The notes under the pieces: model-generated
What the model was told of the DNA's origin: nothing
The model's database searches: none
The model's input: the letters and a program-made list of their open reading frames with translations, nothing else
In this document: piece by piece, positions 37,101-50,810 of the stretch
Numbering within the stretch: position 1 is the stretch's first letter
Layout: the number at the start of each line of letters is the position of its first letter
Origin: Azolla caroliniana
Taxonomy: Eukaryota; Plantae; Polypodiophyta
DNA length: 64,000 nt
NCBI GenBank assembly: GCA_043228905.1
Contig: JBHGNT010000006.1
Location: 9,424,001-9,488,000 of the forward strand
Direction: 5' to 3'
Made by a program: the position numbers and the translations under genes

Positions 37101-38607
37101 CTCCGGAACGGGTGTTCCAGAAATCAACCGCGTCAAGTCCAGTTGTCGGACGCATTTGAGATGAAGGATCTAGGGGACCTTCATTATTTTCTAGGGATCG
37201 AGGTGATCCGAACCGCGGATAGGTTACATGTTTTCCCTAGGTAGCGCGGTTGTTGCATGGAGTAGCAAAAAGCAGCCAACAGTTGCTCTATCGAGCACTG
37301 AGGCTGAGTATCGTGGCGCTACCCTTGCCACCTGTGAAGCCATTTGGCTTTGGCGACTGCTGCAAGACCTATGGATCGAGGTCCCAATCCCAATTCTGGT
37401 CTACTGTGACAACATCAACAACATGCAACTCGCTAAGAACCCCGTATTCCATGCTCGCACAAAGCACATAGAAGTGCACTATCACTTTGTGCGTGAGCGT
37501 GTCCTGAGCGGTGAGGTCGAACTTCGGTATGTTCACACGGATCGGCAAGTTGCCGACATCTTCACCAAACTGCTTGGATCGGACAAGTTGCAGCACTTCA
37601 CCGAAATGCTTGGTGTTCAGCATCTCGACGTGCCACACTTGAGGGGGAGAACGGGCAAGGACACCGGAACGGGCAAAGGCAAAGAGACTGCAGATTGTGC
37701 CGATGAGGGAAGAACTGACGAAGGGAAAGTCAAGAAGGACTGAGCCGACCGGAGGAAGAAGGCCAAGACCCGGACATGGTCCAATGTGGTGAAGGTCTTG
37801 GAACCAGAAGACGAATCGGGAGCAACCGATTCGGACAAGAGCTGGAACGAATCGGAGACAGTCGATTCGGTTCAAAACACAGATTCGGAAGAACCGGATC
37901 AATTCAAGGACAAGCAAACATGGATGCAGTGGAAGTCGATGCCATCATGGAGAAACCGACAGATCGATAAGTGCCGGAGTCATAGCAGCGAAGGAGCTGA
38001 CAGGGGCCTATTGAGTAGACATACCGACCAAGAAGGTCGAGACGTGCAGAACAAGAGGGGTTGCGGCAAACAGAACCGGACCGGACGAGGAGCACGAGCA
38101 AGGCAGAGAAACGCCAGGAGAAGTCGGTTGGAAGAACCGGCTGCCACAGAGACTGACACTAAGATTCAACCTCAAGTTGAGCTTGAGGGGGAGTGTTGAG
38201 TGGCAAGCTCAACAAGAGCCGGATCGGCTGAATAAGCTTGAGCCGGCAAGCGAGACGGATCGGTAAGCTGTGAGCAACCGAGCCAGCAAGTAACAAAGCC
38301 GGTGAGCTGGGGAGCCGATTAGCCGGATCCAATAAGTAACTGGAAGCCTAGTATTAGTGTAGACTACTAGGCAATTATAGTCTCGTAGTAAGTGTCAGAT
38401 GCTCGTGTGAGCATTGAAGTACGCGGTACTTCTGTCAGTCCCATGAGGACTTGTATAAATAATGTTACTGAGGATAGTTGTATGTACAGAGTGATTATAC
38501 TATTTTTGAATATAGCTTTTATGTTCTGCTCTCTTTGTCTCTCCCGTGTACTCTGTGTATTCCCTAATTTGTCTGTTTTCTAACGCTTCCGCAAGTAATC
38601 GTTTACA
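34130..38607 (+). mobile_element. Copia family A-related element lacking its 5' LTR; internal RT/RNase H deletion near 37225
   Basis: Starts mid-gag (ICDSLSSIKV); PR, INT, RT (ORFs 34996-35748, 35767-37164); RNase H 37228-37743; PPT; 3' LTR 38194-~38607. Confidence 0.88.
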
Positions 38608-39041
38608 TCAACTTTCGAGCCGATTCGGATTCAACTTTCGTCTCATTAGCCAATTCGGGTTCAGGATTTGGTAGTTCGGCCTCTGAGTCATTTTGAGAGA
38701 GGTTGAAACTCACACTCTTGCTAATTCATTGAAGACTACATCGTTGTTTTTTATTAACTTCTTGTGCTCTGGATCCCATAGCGAAAGGCCGAAATTGCCG
38801 TCTGTCCCATAGCCAAGAAAAATAGATTTTCTCGAATGGCGGGCTAGCTTCATTCAGTTCTCCCTTGGTATGTGTGCATATTCTTTGCACCCGAATATGC
38901 GAAGCCAGTCGTAGTTCAGTTGCGTACCCAACCATAGTGCCTGCAACACTTGAAGCTTAATGGCCTTGGACGGTGAGAGATTAATTAAATAAACAACCGT
39001 TTGCACCGCACCGCCTCTACCCAGACATCCAACTTGAGTTT

Positions 39042-42000
39042 TGTTGAGAGACAAGCTGAACATCGGCCAGATCGGCTAAAGAAGCCGAGGACCGGATCGG
39101 CTGGGACCAATCGGTTAGGCCGAGTGCGTAAACCGGGAGGTCGTTAGGAAAGATATTCCGTGAGGAAAATATTTGGGAGTTAGTGTAGGAGCTCTTAATG
39201 AGCATTGAAGTACTGTCAGTACTTCGGTCAGTCCTTCCAGGACTTGTATAAAAGTGTTCACTGAGCACGTCTTATGTACAGACTGAGCACTATTATTGAA
39301 TATAGTATTTTTTGTGTTTCTCTCTGTCTCTCCCGCGTATACCGTGTAAGCCTAAGCTCTCCATTGAACCTGAGTTTCCTTCCTCTGTTCTGTCTTCATA
39401 CTTGCTTCCGCACGCTACTTTCTACATGGTATCAGAGCGCGAGGGTCGAGAACCTCTCTGCAGCCGACACAGCTTGACGAAGAAGAACAAGAAGAACGAT
39501 GGATAGAGGCATGGCGAGCTCGCTTCCAACAGAGAAGCTCGACAGAACCAACTACGCGTCTTGGTCCTACAAGATGCACCAGTACCTGCTCGGGCATGGC
39601 TACTGGAGTTATGTCGAAGGAGCTAATGACGCGGCACCCGAATCGACACACAGAGACTTCCCGTTGTGGGAGCAATCGGCGAGCAGGGTACTATACTGCT
39701 TCGCGTCGTGTGTGGGTGAACAACTATTGAGCTATGTTCGGGATGCAAAGACGCCGAAGGGTGTGTGGGAAAATCTGAAGAAGATTTTCGCCGCGAGCAC
39801 CACAGCCAGGAAGCTTCAGCTCCGACAGGAGTTGAGCAACCTACGACAACGCCACTTGTCGGTGGCGGACTATACCTCGAAGATCAAGGATATCTGCGAC
39901 TCCCTCGCCTCCATAGAGGTGAACATCGAGGAGAGCAAAATGGTCCAGATCTGTCTCGGAGGTTTGGCGTCGAAGTTCGGAGCGTTCCGAACGGCTGTGT
40001 GTACCCGGGAGAATACGCCGTCCTTTTTCGACTTACAGTCGATGCTCCTGGTAGAGGAGAACCACGCGGGTGCGTCTACAAGCACGCACACCGACAACAG
40101 AATGTTGTACACGGAGGGAAAAAGGCCCCGTGGTCGTGGTGGACAAGGCGAGTCGGCACGCAATGGAGGCGGCCGACGAGATCAAGAAAGAAGGCACCGA
40201 AGTGATGCCGACAACAACTCTGGACCCTCTGGAAACAGGGGGAGTTAAAGCAATGAGAACCGGCAAGGGAAGTCCATTGCGGAGTGCTGGTACTGTGGCA
40301 AGAAAGGCCACAGGGAAAGTGAGTGCTGGAAGAAGTGCGCCGATTCGGAGAGAACTGGTTCCGGGAACGGCTCCAGACATACCGACAAGGGAAATCGGCA
40401 ACGATCGCACTACGCTGAAGACTCCGGGAGAACCGGAGAAGGGTCTGTCTTCGTGACGAGACATGAAGCAAACTCAATGAAACAGAGCACCCCGAGATCG
40501 GACGAGGTGTGGTACGTAGAGTCCGGCGCGTCAAACCACATGACGAGCCATAAGGAGTGGTTCTCGTACCTTGAAAAACCGATACAACCGGGAATAGTCG
40601 CAACAGGAGACGACACTCCGCATCTGATCGCGAATGTCGGAGAAGTTCCCCTTAGCCATGTCGGGCAGAAAGGGAAACTCAAGAACGTGCTGCACGTTCC
40701 GACAATCACGAAGAACTTGGTCTCGGTCGGACAGATCGTCGACCAAGGGATGGAGGTTCGGTTTACACACCTCAGGTGCTTCATTGAGGAAGAAGGCCAT
40801 GTGATTGCGCAAGGGCGCAGAGACGGAAGGATGTTCATCCTCGACTCCACTGACGGCGGCACCGCAATGTTCGCGAAGGGACAAAAGACCGAGTCAGACA
40901 TCGACTTGTGGCACAAGCGGATAGGCCACGTCAACCACCAACGGCTTCAAGATCTGCAAATGAAACAGGTAGTGTTCGGTTTGCCCAAATTTAGTGGCCG
41001 AAAGGCATAAATTTGTGAAGCCTGCCAGCTCGGGAAGCAACACCGACTTCCCTTCCCCAACGAGCGAAACCGGAGCCAGAACAAGCTCGACCTTATACAC
41101 TCCGATGTATGGGGGCCGACACAAAACGTTAGTCTTGGCGGGAGCCGATATTTCGTCTCCTTCATCGACGACCACACGCGGCACACGTGGATCTACCTCA
41201 TTGAGAGGAAGAGCGAAGTCTTCGACTGTTTCCGGGACCTCAAAGGGTTCGTGGAAGCCGAAATGGGACGAAAGATCAAGTGCCTACGGTCGGATGGCGG
41301 AAAATAGTACTTTTCTGGTCAATTCAACGGTTATCTACAACAAATGGGAATTCGCCGCGAATTCAGTTGTAGATACACACCAGAGCAGAACGGCGTGGCC
41401 GAGAGGAAGAATCGGTCGATTGTGGAAGCGGCACGGGCAATGCTGGAGGAGAAGAGCTTGCCCAAGTTCTACTGGGCCGAGGCGGTAAGGACCGCGGTAT
41501 ACATCCAGAACCGGATTGGAGACAAAGTGTCGGCGCACGAGCTATATTTCGGAACGAAGGCGAACTTGCGACACTTGAGGGTGTTCGGTAGCATTGCGTA
41601 TGTGCATGTACCGAAGGAGAAAAGGAGGAAGCTAGACGCAAAGGCTGAGAAATGCATCTTGGTCGGTTACTCGGACGAGTAGAAGGGTTATAAGTCCTAT
41701 AACCCTCGCACCAAACAAGCGCGTGTCAGCCGCGACGTTGTGTTTGACGAGTCCGCGTCCTGGTACCTGCCCTCGCCTCGGAACCCCTACTCCAATACAA
41801 GCTCTGACGATGAGGTAAGCGAGGCCGAGATGCCTCCGGATGAGCCCGAAATCGAGACCCGCGAAGAGAGTTCGATTTCACTCCGGTTAAGTGGACCGAT
41901 TGGACGACTGTGTCAGTACGACCAGTCCGATGAAGAGCCGGCGAGTAGTGGAGACTCGGCTGTGCATTCCCCGCGCAGGAAGCCGAGGAGACGGCTTACG

Positions 42001-44740
42001 CGCAAAGAGAAAGGGAAGAAGAAGGTGTCGGATTCCGGCATGGAAAGGAACGAGTCTGTCCGATGCGAGTCTGACTCCAAGGAAACTGGTGACGGGTCTT
42101 TAAATGTGAAGACCGCATCGACCAAGAAGGCCTCGACATCGGCTAATGTGAGATTACGCCGATCTACCCGCCAGAAGAACCCAGTTGTGCGGTTCGGATA
42201 CAACGAGTACATGGCGCATCATTATGCATACATGACCCGTGTAGCGGAAGTGTGTGAGCCGGAGAGCTACGCAGAAGCGGCTAAAGACGCGAATTGGCGC
42301 GCCGCGATGGAGGAAGAGATGCATGCATTGGCGGAGAACGAGACTTGGGACCTGGTCAACGCACCGAAGGGTGTAAAACCGATCGGGTGTAGATGGGTGT
42401 ACAAAGTCAAGTACAACACTGATGGCTCGGTCAACCGGTACAAGGCTCGACTAGTGGCAAAGGGCTACGCACAGAAACACGGCATCGACTACGATGAGAC
42501 GTTTGTGCCGGTCGCGAAAATGACGACCGTCCGTGTTTTGCTCGCAGTAGCTGCGGCCAAGGGGTGGCACTTACATCAGATGGATGTAAAGAATGCGTTC
42601 CTGCAAGGTGACCTTGAGGAACAGGTGTACATGGTACAGCCCCCCGGATTTCACTCTGGAACGAACTCCTCGGCAGTATGCCGACTGAAGAAGTCCCTTT
42701 ACGGACTGAAGCAAGCCCCGCGTGCCTGGAACGCGAAAATCACGCAGCACCTGCGTCGGATGGGCTTCGTCACGTCAAAATCGAACTCTTCCCTGTTCAT
42801 CTGGAAAGGTCGACTCGGACCGGTTAGTATTTTACTGTATGTTGATGACTTGGTCATCACCGGCGCCGACCTCAGTGAAATCAACCGCGTGAAGCGCCAG
42901 CTTGTGGCATCGTTCGACATGAAGGATCTGGGAGACCTTCATTACTTCCTCGGGATCGAAGTGATCCGTACCCCCGAAGGCATATTGATCAGCCAACGTC
43001 ATTACATGCTGAGTATGCTCTTCAAGCTCGGGATGGCCGACTGTAAGTCCGTCTCGACTCCTCTGGATAGAACCATCAAGCTTCGTCCCGATACGGGAAA
43101 GGTATGCGACCCGACGAGATTCCGACAAATTGTCGGAAGCCTCATATACTTGACCATCACCCGACCCGACCTCAGTTATCCGGTCGGGGTGATCAGTCAG
43201 TTCATGGCGCGACCTACCGAGGAGCACCTTCAGTGTGTGCAACGCGTACTGCGGTATGTAAGTGGCACTAAGGACCGAGGACTGCTATATCGGACCGGTG
43301 CAGCCGCGCAGTTAGTCGGCTACACCGATGCTGATTGGGCTGGCAATGCCGCCGATCGCCGATCCACGTCTGGATACGCGTTCCCCCTCGGGAGTGCCGC
43401 GATCGCATGGAGCAGTAAGAAGCAGCCGACAGTTGCACTGTCGAGCACCGAAGCTGAGTACCGAGGAGCAGCTATCGCGACATGCGAAGCCATATGGTTG
43501 AAGCGGCTACTTAAGGACCTGCAAGAGGAGGTGTCAGATCCGACGACGATCTACTGCGACAACCTCAGCAGCATCCAACTCGCGAAAAACCCCGTTTTCC
43601 ACGCGCGGACCAAGCACATTGAGGTGCACTACCATTTCTTCCGTGAGCGTGTCCTTTCCGGTGAAGTCGAACTTCAGTATGTTCCGACGGATCGGCAGAC
43701 TGCCGACATCTTCACCAAGCCTCTTGGTCTGGACAAGTTGCGGCAATTCTCAGGTGCGCTCGGGTTGCGTCACCTTGACGTGCCGAACTTGAGGGGGAGA
43801 ATAGTCCCGAACAACCAAGCAAGGCAGCAGGAAAGGAGCAGTGACCATGACACTGAGTCGGTTGACTCGTTCGTTGACTCGGTTGAAGACGGATCGGCTG
43901 AAGAAGCCGAGGGCGACTTCGGATCGGCTGAAGAAGCCGAGGACGGACCTGCGGAGAAGTTCGGAAGCGGACAGAAGGGGAGCAGTCGAAGGAGAGAGCC
44001 GAAGCCAACCACGGATAGGGGAGATGACGCCATCGAGGGCGAGAAAACCGAAGACGAGTTGGAGACAGCCAACTCGGATGAGAGCGAAAACCGATCGGAG
44101 ATAGCTGAGTCGGTTCGGATGTTTGATTCGGACATGCTGAATCAACTGAGGCCCAAGCGGAAGAAAAGGCAGCAGAAGAAGCATCAACACCACAACAACA
44201 GAAGAGCTGATGAGGGCCACATGAGCAGACAAGCCGACCGGAAGGGTCGAAGCGCGCAGAGTCGAACAGGTCGAGGAGCGTGAGTGAGGCAAGAAGCCAG
44301 GAGGAACCGGTGCTGTGAAGATCCCGAAGAGCCTCAAGTTGAGCTTGAGGGGGAGTGTTGAGAGACAAGCTCAACATCGGCCAGATCGGCTGAAGAAGCC
44401 GAGGACCGGATCGGCTGGGACCGATCGGTTAGGCCGAGTGCGTAAACCGGGAGGTCGTTAGGAAAGATATTCTGTGAGGAATATATTTGGGAGTTAGTGT
44501 AGGAGCTCTTAATGAGCATTGAAGTACTGTCAGTACTTCGGTCAGTCCTTCCAGGACTTGTATAAAAGTGTTCACTAAGCACGTCTTATGTACAGACTGA
44601 GCACTATTATTGAATATAGTATTTTTTGTGTTTCTCTCTGTCTCTCCCGCGTATACCGTGTAAGCCTAAGCTCTCCATTGAACCTGAGTTTCCTTCCTCT
44701 GTTCTGTCTTAATACTTGCTTCCGCATGCTACTTTCTACA
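39042..44740 (+). mobile_element. Full-length Ty1/copia family A element, the youngest LTR element in the window
   Basis: 385-bp LTRs 39042-39426 and 44356-44740 (about 8 differences counted by eye); TSD AGTTT; PBS TGGTATCAGAGC 39427-39438; PPT 44341-44355. Confidence 0.96.
39499..44283 (+). pseudogene. gag-pol: Copia gag-pol polyprotein with a few in-frame stops and a C-terminal extension
   Basis: Same-frame segments 39499-40248, 40453-41010, 41344-41682 and 41740-44283 give gag, zinc knuckle, PR, INT, RT (LYVDDL) and RNase H (YTDADWAG, RTKHIEVHYHF). Confidence 0.93.
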
Positions 44741-47026
44741 AGTTTTACATGTTGAAGCATTGTCATTACTCGTTCTTGAATTGTCCGGTTCATCCATTCA
44801 ATTACACCGTTCTGCATAGGGTTATAGGGAACGGATCGTTGATGTTGGATCCCTATTTCGGGTAGGTACTTCTCGAACGCTTTGGAGGTGTATTCACCTT
44901 CGTTGTCCAATCAGAAGTTCTTCATTTTATGGTTGGATTCATTTTCAACTTCGGTCATCCACCAAGCAAAAATTTCAAGCGCTTCTTCTTTGGACTTAAT
45001 CGAATAAGCCCATACTTTGCACATACAATCATCCACAAACATGTGGAAGTACTGTGCGCCACCTAGAGATCTTTTGGGCATTGCCCACAGATGTCACTGT
45101 GAATCAGCTCTAGCAGCTTTCATACTGTTTCATAGTGAATCGAGTGCGGACTTCGAGTTTGTTTCCCGTATTGACAATGCATGATTAAGTTTCGGGATGT
45201 AGTCAAGTGCCAAAAGTCTTTCGAGTCCAATTTATGACGTGTGACGGAGTCGACCATGCCACAATGTTGGTGTCGGCATTTCAACTACATTGAGTGATCC
45301 CTATTGACTTATCACTATCAGTGGTTACAAGTTGTTGTACCTCATGCCATGGCTGATATGTAGATTTCCTCTTGCAATTTTTCATGTCGATTCACTGAGT
45401 GTCATCTTGTACCCATCTTCGGCTAACTTGTTGATGGAGATATGACTCCTTTTTAGATTGGGTACGTGCCAGACTTAGTGTAGGGTGATCAGACTTCCAT
45501 TCGGTAGTTGAATGGGTATTTCGCCTGTTTCGGCAATTCAGCACTCCTGGACTGAGCTGACAATGGTCAAATAGTCCAAAAACCATTCTTTGTGGGGGGG
45601 CACATGGAAGGTGGCGTCCGAATCGAGCAACCATGTCTATGCATCTTGTGCATTAAATAGGATCTCTCCGGTCTATGAGCGCCCTCTATTGAAAGGACTT
45701 CCTTTGACAAGGATTTAGCAACGTGTATTTGGTTGTTGGTCGAAGGGCGAGTTGAGTAAGAAGAGCCTGCATTTCACTCAAATTTTTGGCCTTTCCCCTT
45801 CTTCTTGATGGACAAGTACTCAGCAACATTATGGTTGGTCTTTTTGCAATGAGTGCAATAGGCATTTGACATTCTGTTTCTTGACGTCAACCGCTATTTC
45901 ACGTTTCTACACTTCGGTTGGCTATGGTCACGACCGGTTCTCTATGTCATTCCCCCAGAGAAATGAGCTTCGACACTTTCATCGGTGGTGAGGCCCATCG
46001 AAAGCTCTTCTGACAACACCACTACAATTGCTTCATCCAGTGTCAGCTTGGTCGAGCTATTGGTGATTGTCATACAAAAGACTTCCCAACTCGTCGGGAG
46101 GCTCGAGAGGTGTAAGGGCTTTTATTTCTTCTTCGAAATTCAGGCCTTGTGAGGAGAGTTCAGTCAACAACCCACTGAAGGTGTTGATATGGGAGGTTTC
46201 TGGCTCTGTCTCCCTCATCTTCATGTTGAATAGTTGCCAAATGAAGATGAGTTTCGACAAGCTTGAATTCTTTTTGTACATTGATTGTAAGTTCTCCCAC
46301 AGGGTGAATGTTGTCATCTCTTTTGCCATGTGGAATTAGACGTTTTCTGCCAAGTGCATTCGTATGGTCGACCTCACAATTTCCTCGAGTGAGTATCATT
46401 TTGTTGCTGTCATCGCAGCCGGCTTGCTACTGTGTGGAATTGCCTCTATTTGGCGTTTGATGATCAACATGTCTTGCATCATTTCCTTTCATAAGGAAAT
46501 TTTTTTGCCATCGAACTTTCTTATTTCACAACATGTGTTGGAGGTTGATGCCATCGTTCTTATGGATGTATTGATTTGGCCTAGTCCTTTCCTTCAAGCT
46601 TCTTTTTCTTGTATAGATGCCGGTAAGTTCCAAAAATCGCTTTGATACACTTGATGACATATGTGGTGTCTTAGTCGAAAATGTATATGGAATTATATGT
46701 ATGGATGGATGGATGGATCTTGTTAGTAGGAACAACCAACCATGAATCAAGTAAGAGAGATGGTGTACTATTCAATCACAAAAAAAATATACACAAAGAA
46801 TAAGAGAGAGAGAGATAGTTACACAATGATAGGCAAAGAGAAAGAATGATTGCATTCAAAAACCACCGATCCTCTTTTCAAAGACTAGTTACTCTTATTT
46901 ATACTTGGAGTAACTAAGCCCTAACTCCAACGAGTGTTCACGCTAGGAATACAATGATTTGGGGTAGGACTTTTAGTCCAACAATCAAGGCTTAAAAAAA
47001 TCACAATTCAAAACAAATGTGATTTG

Positions 47027-47150
47027 TAACAATCGACAACAGTTCAGTTTGAACCGAACAAAACCGAACTGCGGAATTGCGGCTTAAGGGCTTAATAGTT
47101 TAAATGGTTTGGTATGGTTAAATGGTTTAGTTTTTAACGGTTTGAGTTTG
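47027..47150. mobile_element. One end of the same hAT-MITE family as 31632-31954
   Basis: TAACAATCGACAACAGTTCAGTTTGAACCGAAC matches the reverse complement of the MITE right end. Confidence 0.7.
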
Positions 47151-47159
47151 ACATTCTCA

Positions 47160-47764
47160 AAATGAATCGTTATGGATTGTTAATGATTTGTATTGAATCT
47201 CAACGCATTTTGAGCGCTTGAAATGGAGCCAACTATTTCACAAAGCTTAATCCTCGAGATGCTTATAATCTAGTTCAAATTTGTTTGGGAAATGAGTGGA
47301 AGACCATGTTTTATAGTTGATCGGAAATTTTGTATCTATAATTATACTTTATGATCTTACAAATTACGCATTAATGGCTTTCCAACATATGGCGAACAAT
47401 GTTTTTCAAGATTTCCTAGACATATTCACCATCATTGATGTGGATGACATCTTTATCTTGTCAAAGACTTTAAAGTTCTATGATGACTATAAAGATAGGG
47501 CTTCTATGCCAAACTTGAGAACTATGGCTTTGCTTCGAATTTTGGAATCCCTAGGATACATATTTAACCAGAAGGTATCTATTTGGATCCAACAAAAATG
47601 CAAACAATTCTAAACTAGCAAACACCACCATCCATGAATAATGTCTAGTGCTCCATTGAGTTTGCAAATTTGTATAGCAAATCTATCAGGATTTACTTGA
47701 AGATTTTTGAACCGCAATTTACACAAAAGAAGCAACCACTTGCATGAACTTCAAGTGGAACCGA
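47160..47764 (+). pseudogene. Very decayed chromovirus-type gypsy RT, left half
   Basis: FTKLNPRDAYNLVQI..GNEWKT, AFQHMANNVFQDFLDIFTIIDVDDIFILSK; continues in frame at 56471. Confidence 0.75.
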
Positions 47765-49354
47765 TGTGGTCATACCGCGTGGCCAAAGGTAAAATGATTT
47801 TAAAGGGGAGGGTCCAATCACATAAAAAAATAAATGTATATACGAAAAGATATTATTAATAAGTAAAAGTGAATAACTTGGTGGTTATAAATTATCAGTG
47901 TTGCCTTTTGACGACCGTTTTGACTATTTTTGGCAAATTTAACCGTATATGAAGGTTAATTTGAAAATGAAACCGTCAATCTTGACGGGCATATATTTTA
48001 TAAAACCATAAAAATGAAGGTTTAAATTTTGTTAATACTGTCAAATTTTGCTAAGGCCAAAACAATAGTACATGTATTAGTAGTTACAAATTACAATTCA
48101 TAGGCTATAACATATAGTTTTATTCGAGAAGGGTAAATGTGTAAACATATGTTGTGTGATATGATAAAGGAGAAGAAGTGCCCACACATATGTGCAGTGT
48201 GAAAATAAACTTAGGGCTTCTTCTATTTTCAACCCATTCCTCTCTTTTGTTTGTTTGTTTGTTTCTCTCTCTCTCTCTCCACATGCTTCTACTTCTTTCT
48301 TGATTTCTCTCTCACTCTCTCCCTTGTTTTGATCAAGTTGTAATTCTTTCTTTCTTTCGCAAGTTATATAATTGATGATTGATGAAATACATCCACAACT
48401 TTGCAACTTTGCATCTCTCACACACAAGTTATAATTGATCATTGATGTCAATGCATGTCTTCAAATTTTACATGATGCAAAGGCTTGTGAAATGGAACTC
48501 TATAGGTTTGTTGACACTTTACGTTTAAATTGTGAAGGCTATACTATGCATGAAGCTTGGCATATGTTTTTGTAAAATGAAGGATTGGTAAGATAATTTC
48601 CCTCATTTAATGACATTATGGCACACTACTTTGGTTATTCAATCTAGCACGGTTTCATGTGCGAGAGGGTTCTCTAAGCAAAATCTCATCAAAGAGATGA
48701 AAAAAAATCCATTGAATATAGAACATTTAGATGATTTAATGTGAGTCTCATTGAATTGGCCACACATTGAAGAAATACAATGGGATTGTGTATATGAAAT
48801 TTGGAAATATGCATAGAAAAATATAATATATTGTTTAGTACGAATATTCGATGTATTTACTTTTTGAAGGGCAATTTTTTGGACAAAACGCTGTCGTGCC
48901 TTTCGACGCTGGATCGTTGCGTGAGTCGGGTGGGAACCATTGGGGTTTTGGACTAGGAGGAGGAAGAAGTTGAGATGAGTTTAGTTATAAATATGAATAA
49001 ATTATAAGAAAGAGGGATAGGAACTTGTGAATCCCACAAGCATAATGTATTTTATTAATCAATATTTAGATAAGAATATGAATTTAGATTAAATGAGAAG
49101 GATATAGAAACCTCGTGAATCCCACAAGTATAGTTTATTTATTTTATTAATATTTAAAACCCTAATAATAAATTAGAATAGATTGGAAGAGAAAGATATA
49201 GAAAACATGTGAATCCCACAAGCATAGTTTATTTTATTAATCATTATTTTTGAATCCTAATGATTTTTCATCCATAAATTTCTCCTCATTACATTGTGCT
49301 CCCCATCCTTATATAATGATGAGAGAGTCTTAGCAATCCATGTTTTTTCTGTAA

Positions 49355-49660
49355 CTATAAACTCTATGCTTTCTCTATCTATAGACTATATGCTTTCTCT
49401 AACATACTTTTTCTAACCTCATGCGTTTTTGTTTCAATTATAGTGTTCATGCACCCTAGATGTGCACGTGTAGCTTTTTTTTTATCATGCGTTTTTCTTT
49501 TAACTAAAGCTCCATGCTTTCTCTATCTATAGACTATATGCTTTCTCTAACATGCTTTTTCTAACCTCATGCGTTTTTGTTTCGATTATAGTGTTCATGC
49601 ACCCTAGATGTGCACGTGTAGCTTTTTTTTTATCATGCGTTTTTCTTTTAACTAAAGCTC
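49355..49660. repeat. ~150-bp tandem duplication
   Basis: ATGCTTTCTCTATCTATAGACTATATGC...TTTAACTAAAGCTC occurs twice, nearly identical. Confidence 0.85.
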
Positions 49661-50374
49661 TTTCCTAGAAAATATGCGTGAAAAAACCTTTTTATGCGGG
49701 ATATCTGCTTTTCTAACACTCATGATATGTTTGTGTAATGGTAATCCCTCAACTTATTAACATGGAGGTACAAGGTTTGAATCTTGCCCTATGCGTGTAA
49801 CATGTATTCTCATATTTTTTTCATTTTCTTCATATTGTGGTGTGCATGTGTTACCTTGTGCCACCCTTTTAGCTCACCCTTTTTAGGATTCACGTACCCA
49901 AGTTGACCCACCCTTTTAGCACACCCTTTTTAGCCAAGCCAACCCAAATGGGTTCTGTTGTATCAACTATAAATTGATTAAGAAGTAAGAAGCTAAGTAG
50001 ACTGGTTTTGATCTCTTATGTGCATTTCACATATTGGTGGAGATGCAGGGTACCAACCCCCACATCCAAGCATTTACCTCTTCTGCTTCGTAGGTAGCAT
50101 CGCCCTCACCATTGTCACCAACACTCTTGTTAGTCTCTTGTAGTAGTATCACTTCCATTAGCACCGCCTTAGTTCGCTAGTTAGGCCTCCCGACATCCAT
50201 CGCTTCCTCCATCCAGGTCTTTTTTTGCGATCGCCATATATACCTCTCTAGCACGCAAGCCCACTACACCTTCAACTTAGACACTCTCACTTTCTCACAC
50301 CACTTTTATGTCTTGCCCCGCCAACTCTTCCCCCTCACCTTAGGTTGCCCACTAACTTCTTGTTCCATGAGTTT

Positions 50375-50780
50375 CTCCGATCCCCCTCCTACACGATTGC
50401 CCTCCTGTCCCCCACCTCAGCCAAGTCCAGGTGGCCCTTAGTCCACAAGAGTGATTGATCTTTCTTTGCCAAATGATCTTTTCCTCGATCCCCCTTTGAC
50501 ACGATAGCCCACTTGTCCCCCACCTCAGCCAAGTCTAGGTGGCCCTCAGTCCACAGGAGCGATTGATCTTCGCCGCCATATGATCTTTCCTCGATCCCCC
50601 TTTGACACGATAGCCCTCTTGTCCCCCACCTCAGCCAAGTCCAAGTGGCCCTCAGTCCACAGATGCGATTGATCTTCGCCGCCATATGATCTTTCTTCGA
50701 TCCCCCTCCGACACGATAGCCCTCCTGTCCCCCACCTCAGCAAAGTCCAGGTGGCCCTCAGTCCACAGGAGTGACCGATC
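50375..50780. repeat. ~106-bp tandem array (~3.6 units) inside the TRIM-like element
   Basis: ACACGAT(A/T)GCCC..CCCCACCTCAGC..GTGGCCCT recurs at 50391, 50499, 50605 and 50711. Confidence 0.9.
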
Positions 50781-50810
50781 TCTATTCGCCGATTGATAGC
50801 TAGTTTTCCG

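Larger units (their letters stand above)
32478..46983 (-). mobile_element. Old Ty1/copia family C element hosting two family A insertions
   Basis: LTRs 32478-32807 and 46652-46983; perfect TSD ATCAA; decayed iMet PBS (GCTTTGATAC on plus, ~46639-46650); PPT ~32808-32816; gag 46057-46500; integrase 44746-45200 and 38611-39041; RT/RNase H 33170-34062 (YVDDML, IPYASSIG). Confidence 0.9.

Noticed and set aside
43712-44377. Long antisense ORFs over the copia A tail (also 18275-18943 and 60299-61051)
   Set aside because: Probably shadows of a GC-rich sense frame, with no consistent start or frame among copies. Not fully excluded.
50375-50780. CRISPR-like array
   Set aside because: Whole units repeat with no unique spacers, there are no cas genes, and the DNA is eukaryotic. 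The same applies to 5240-5420.
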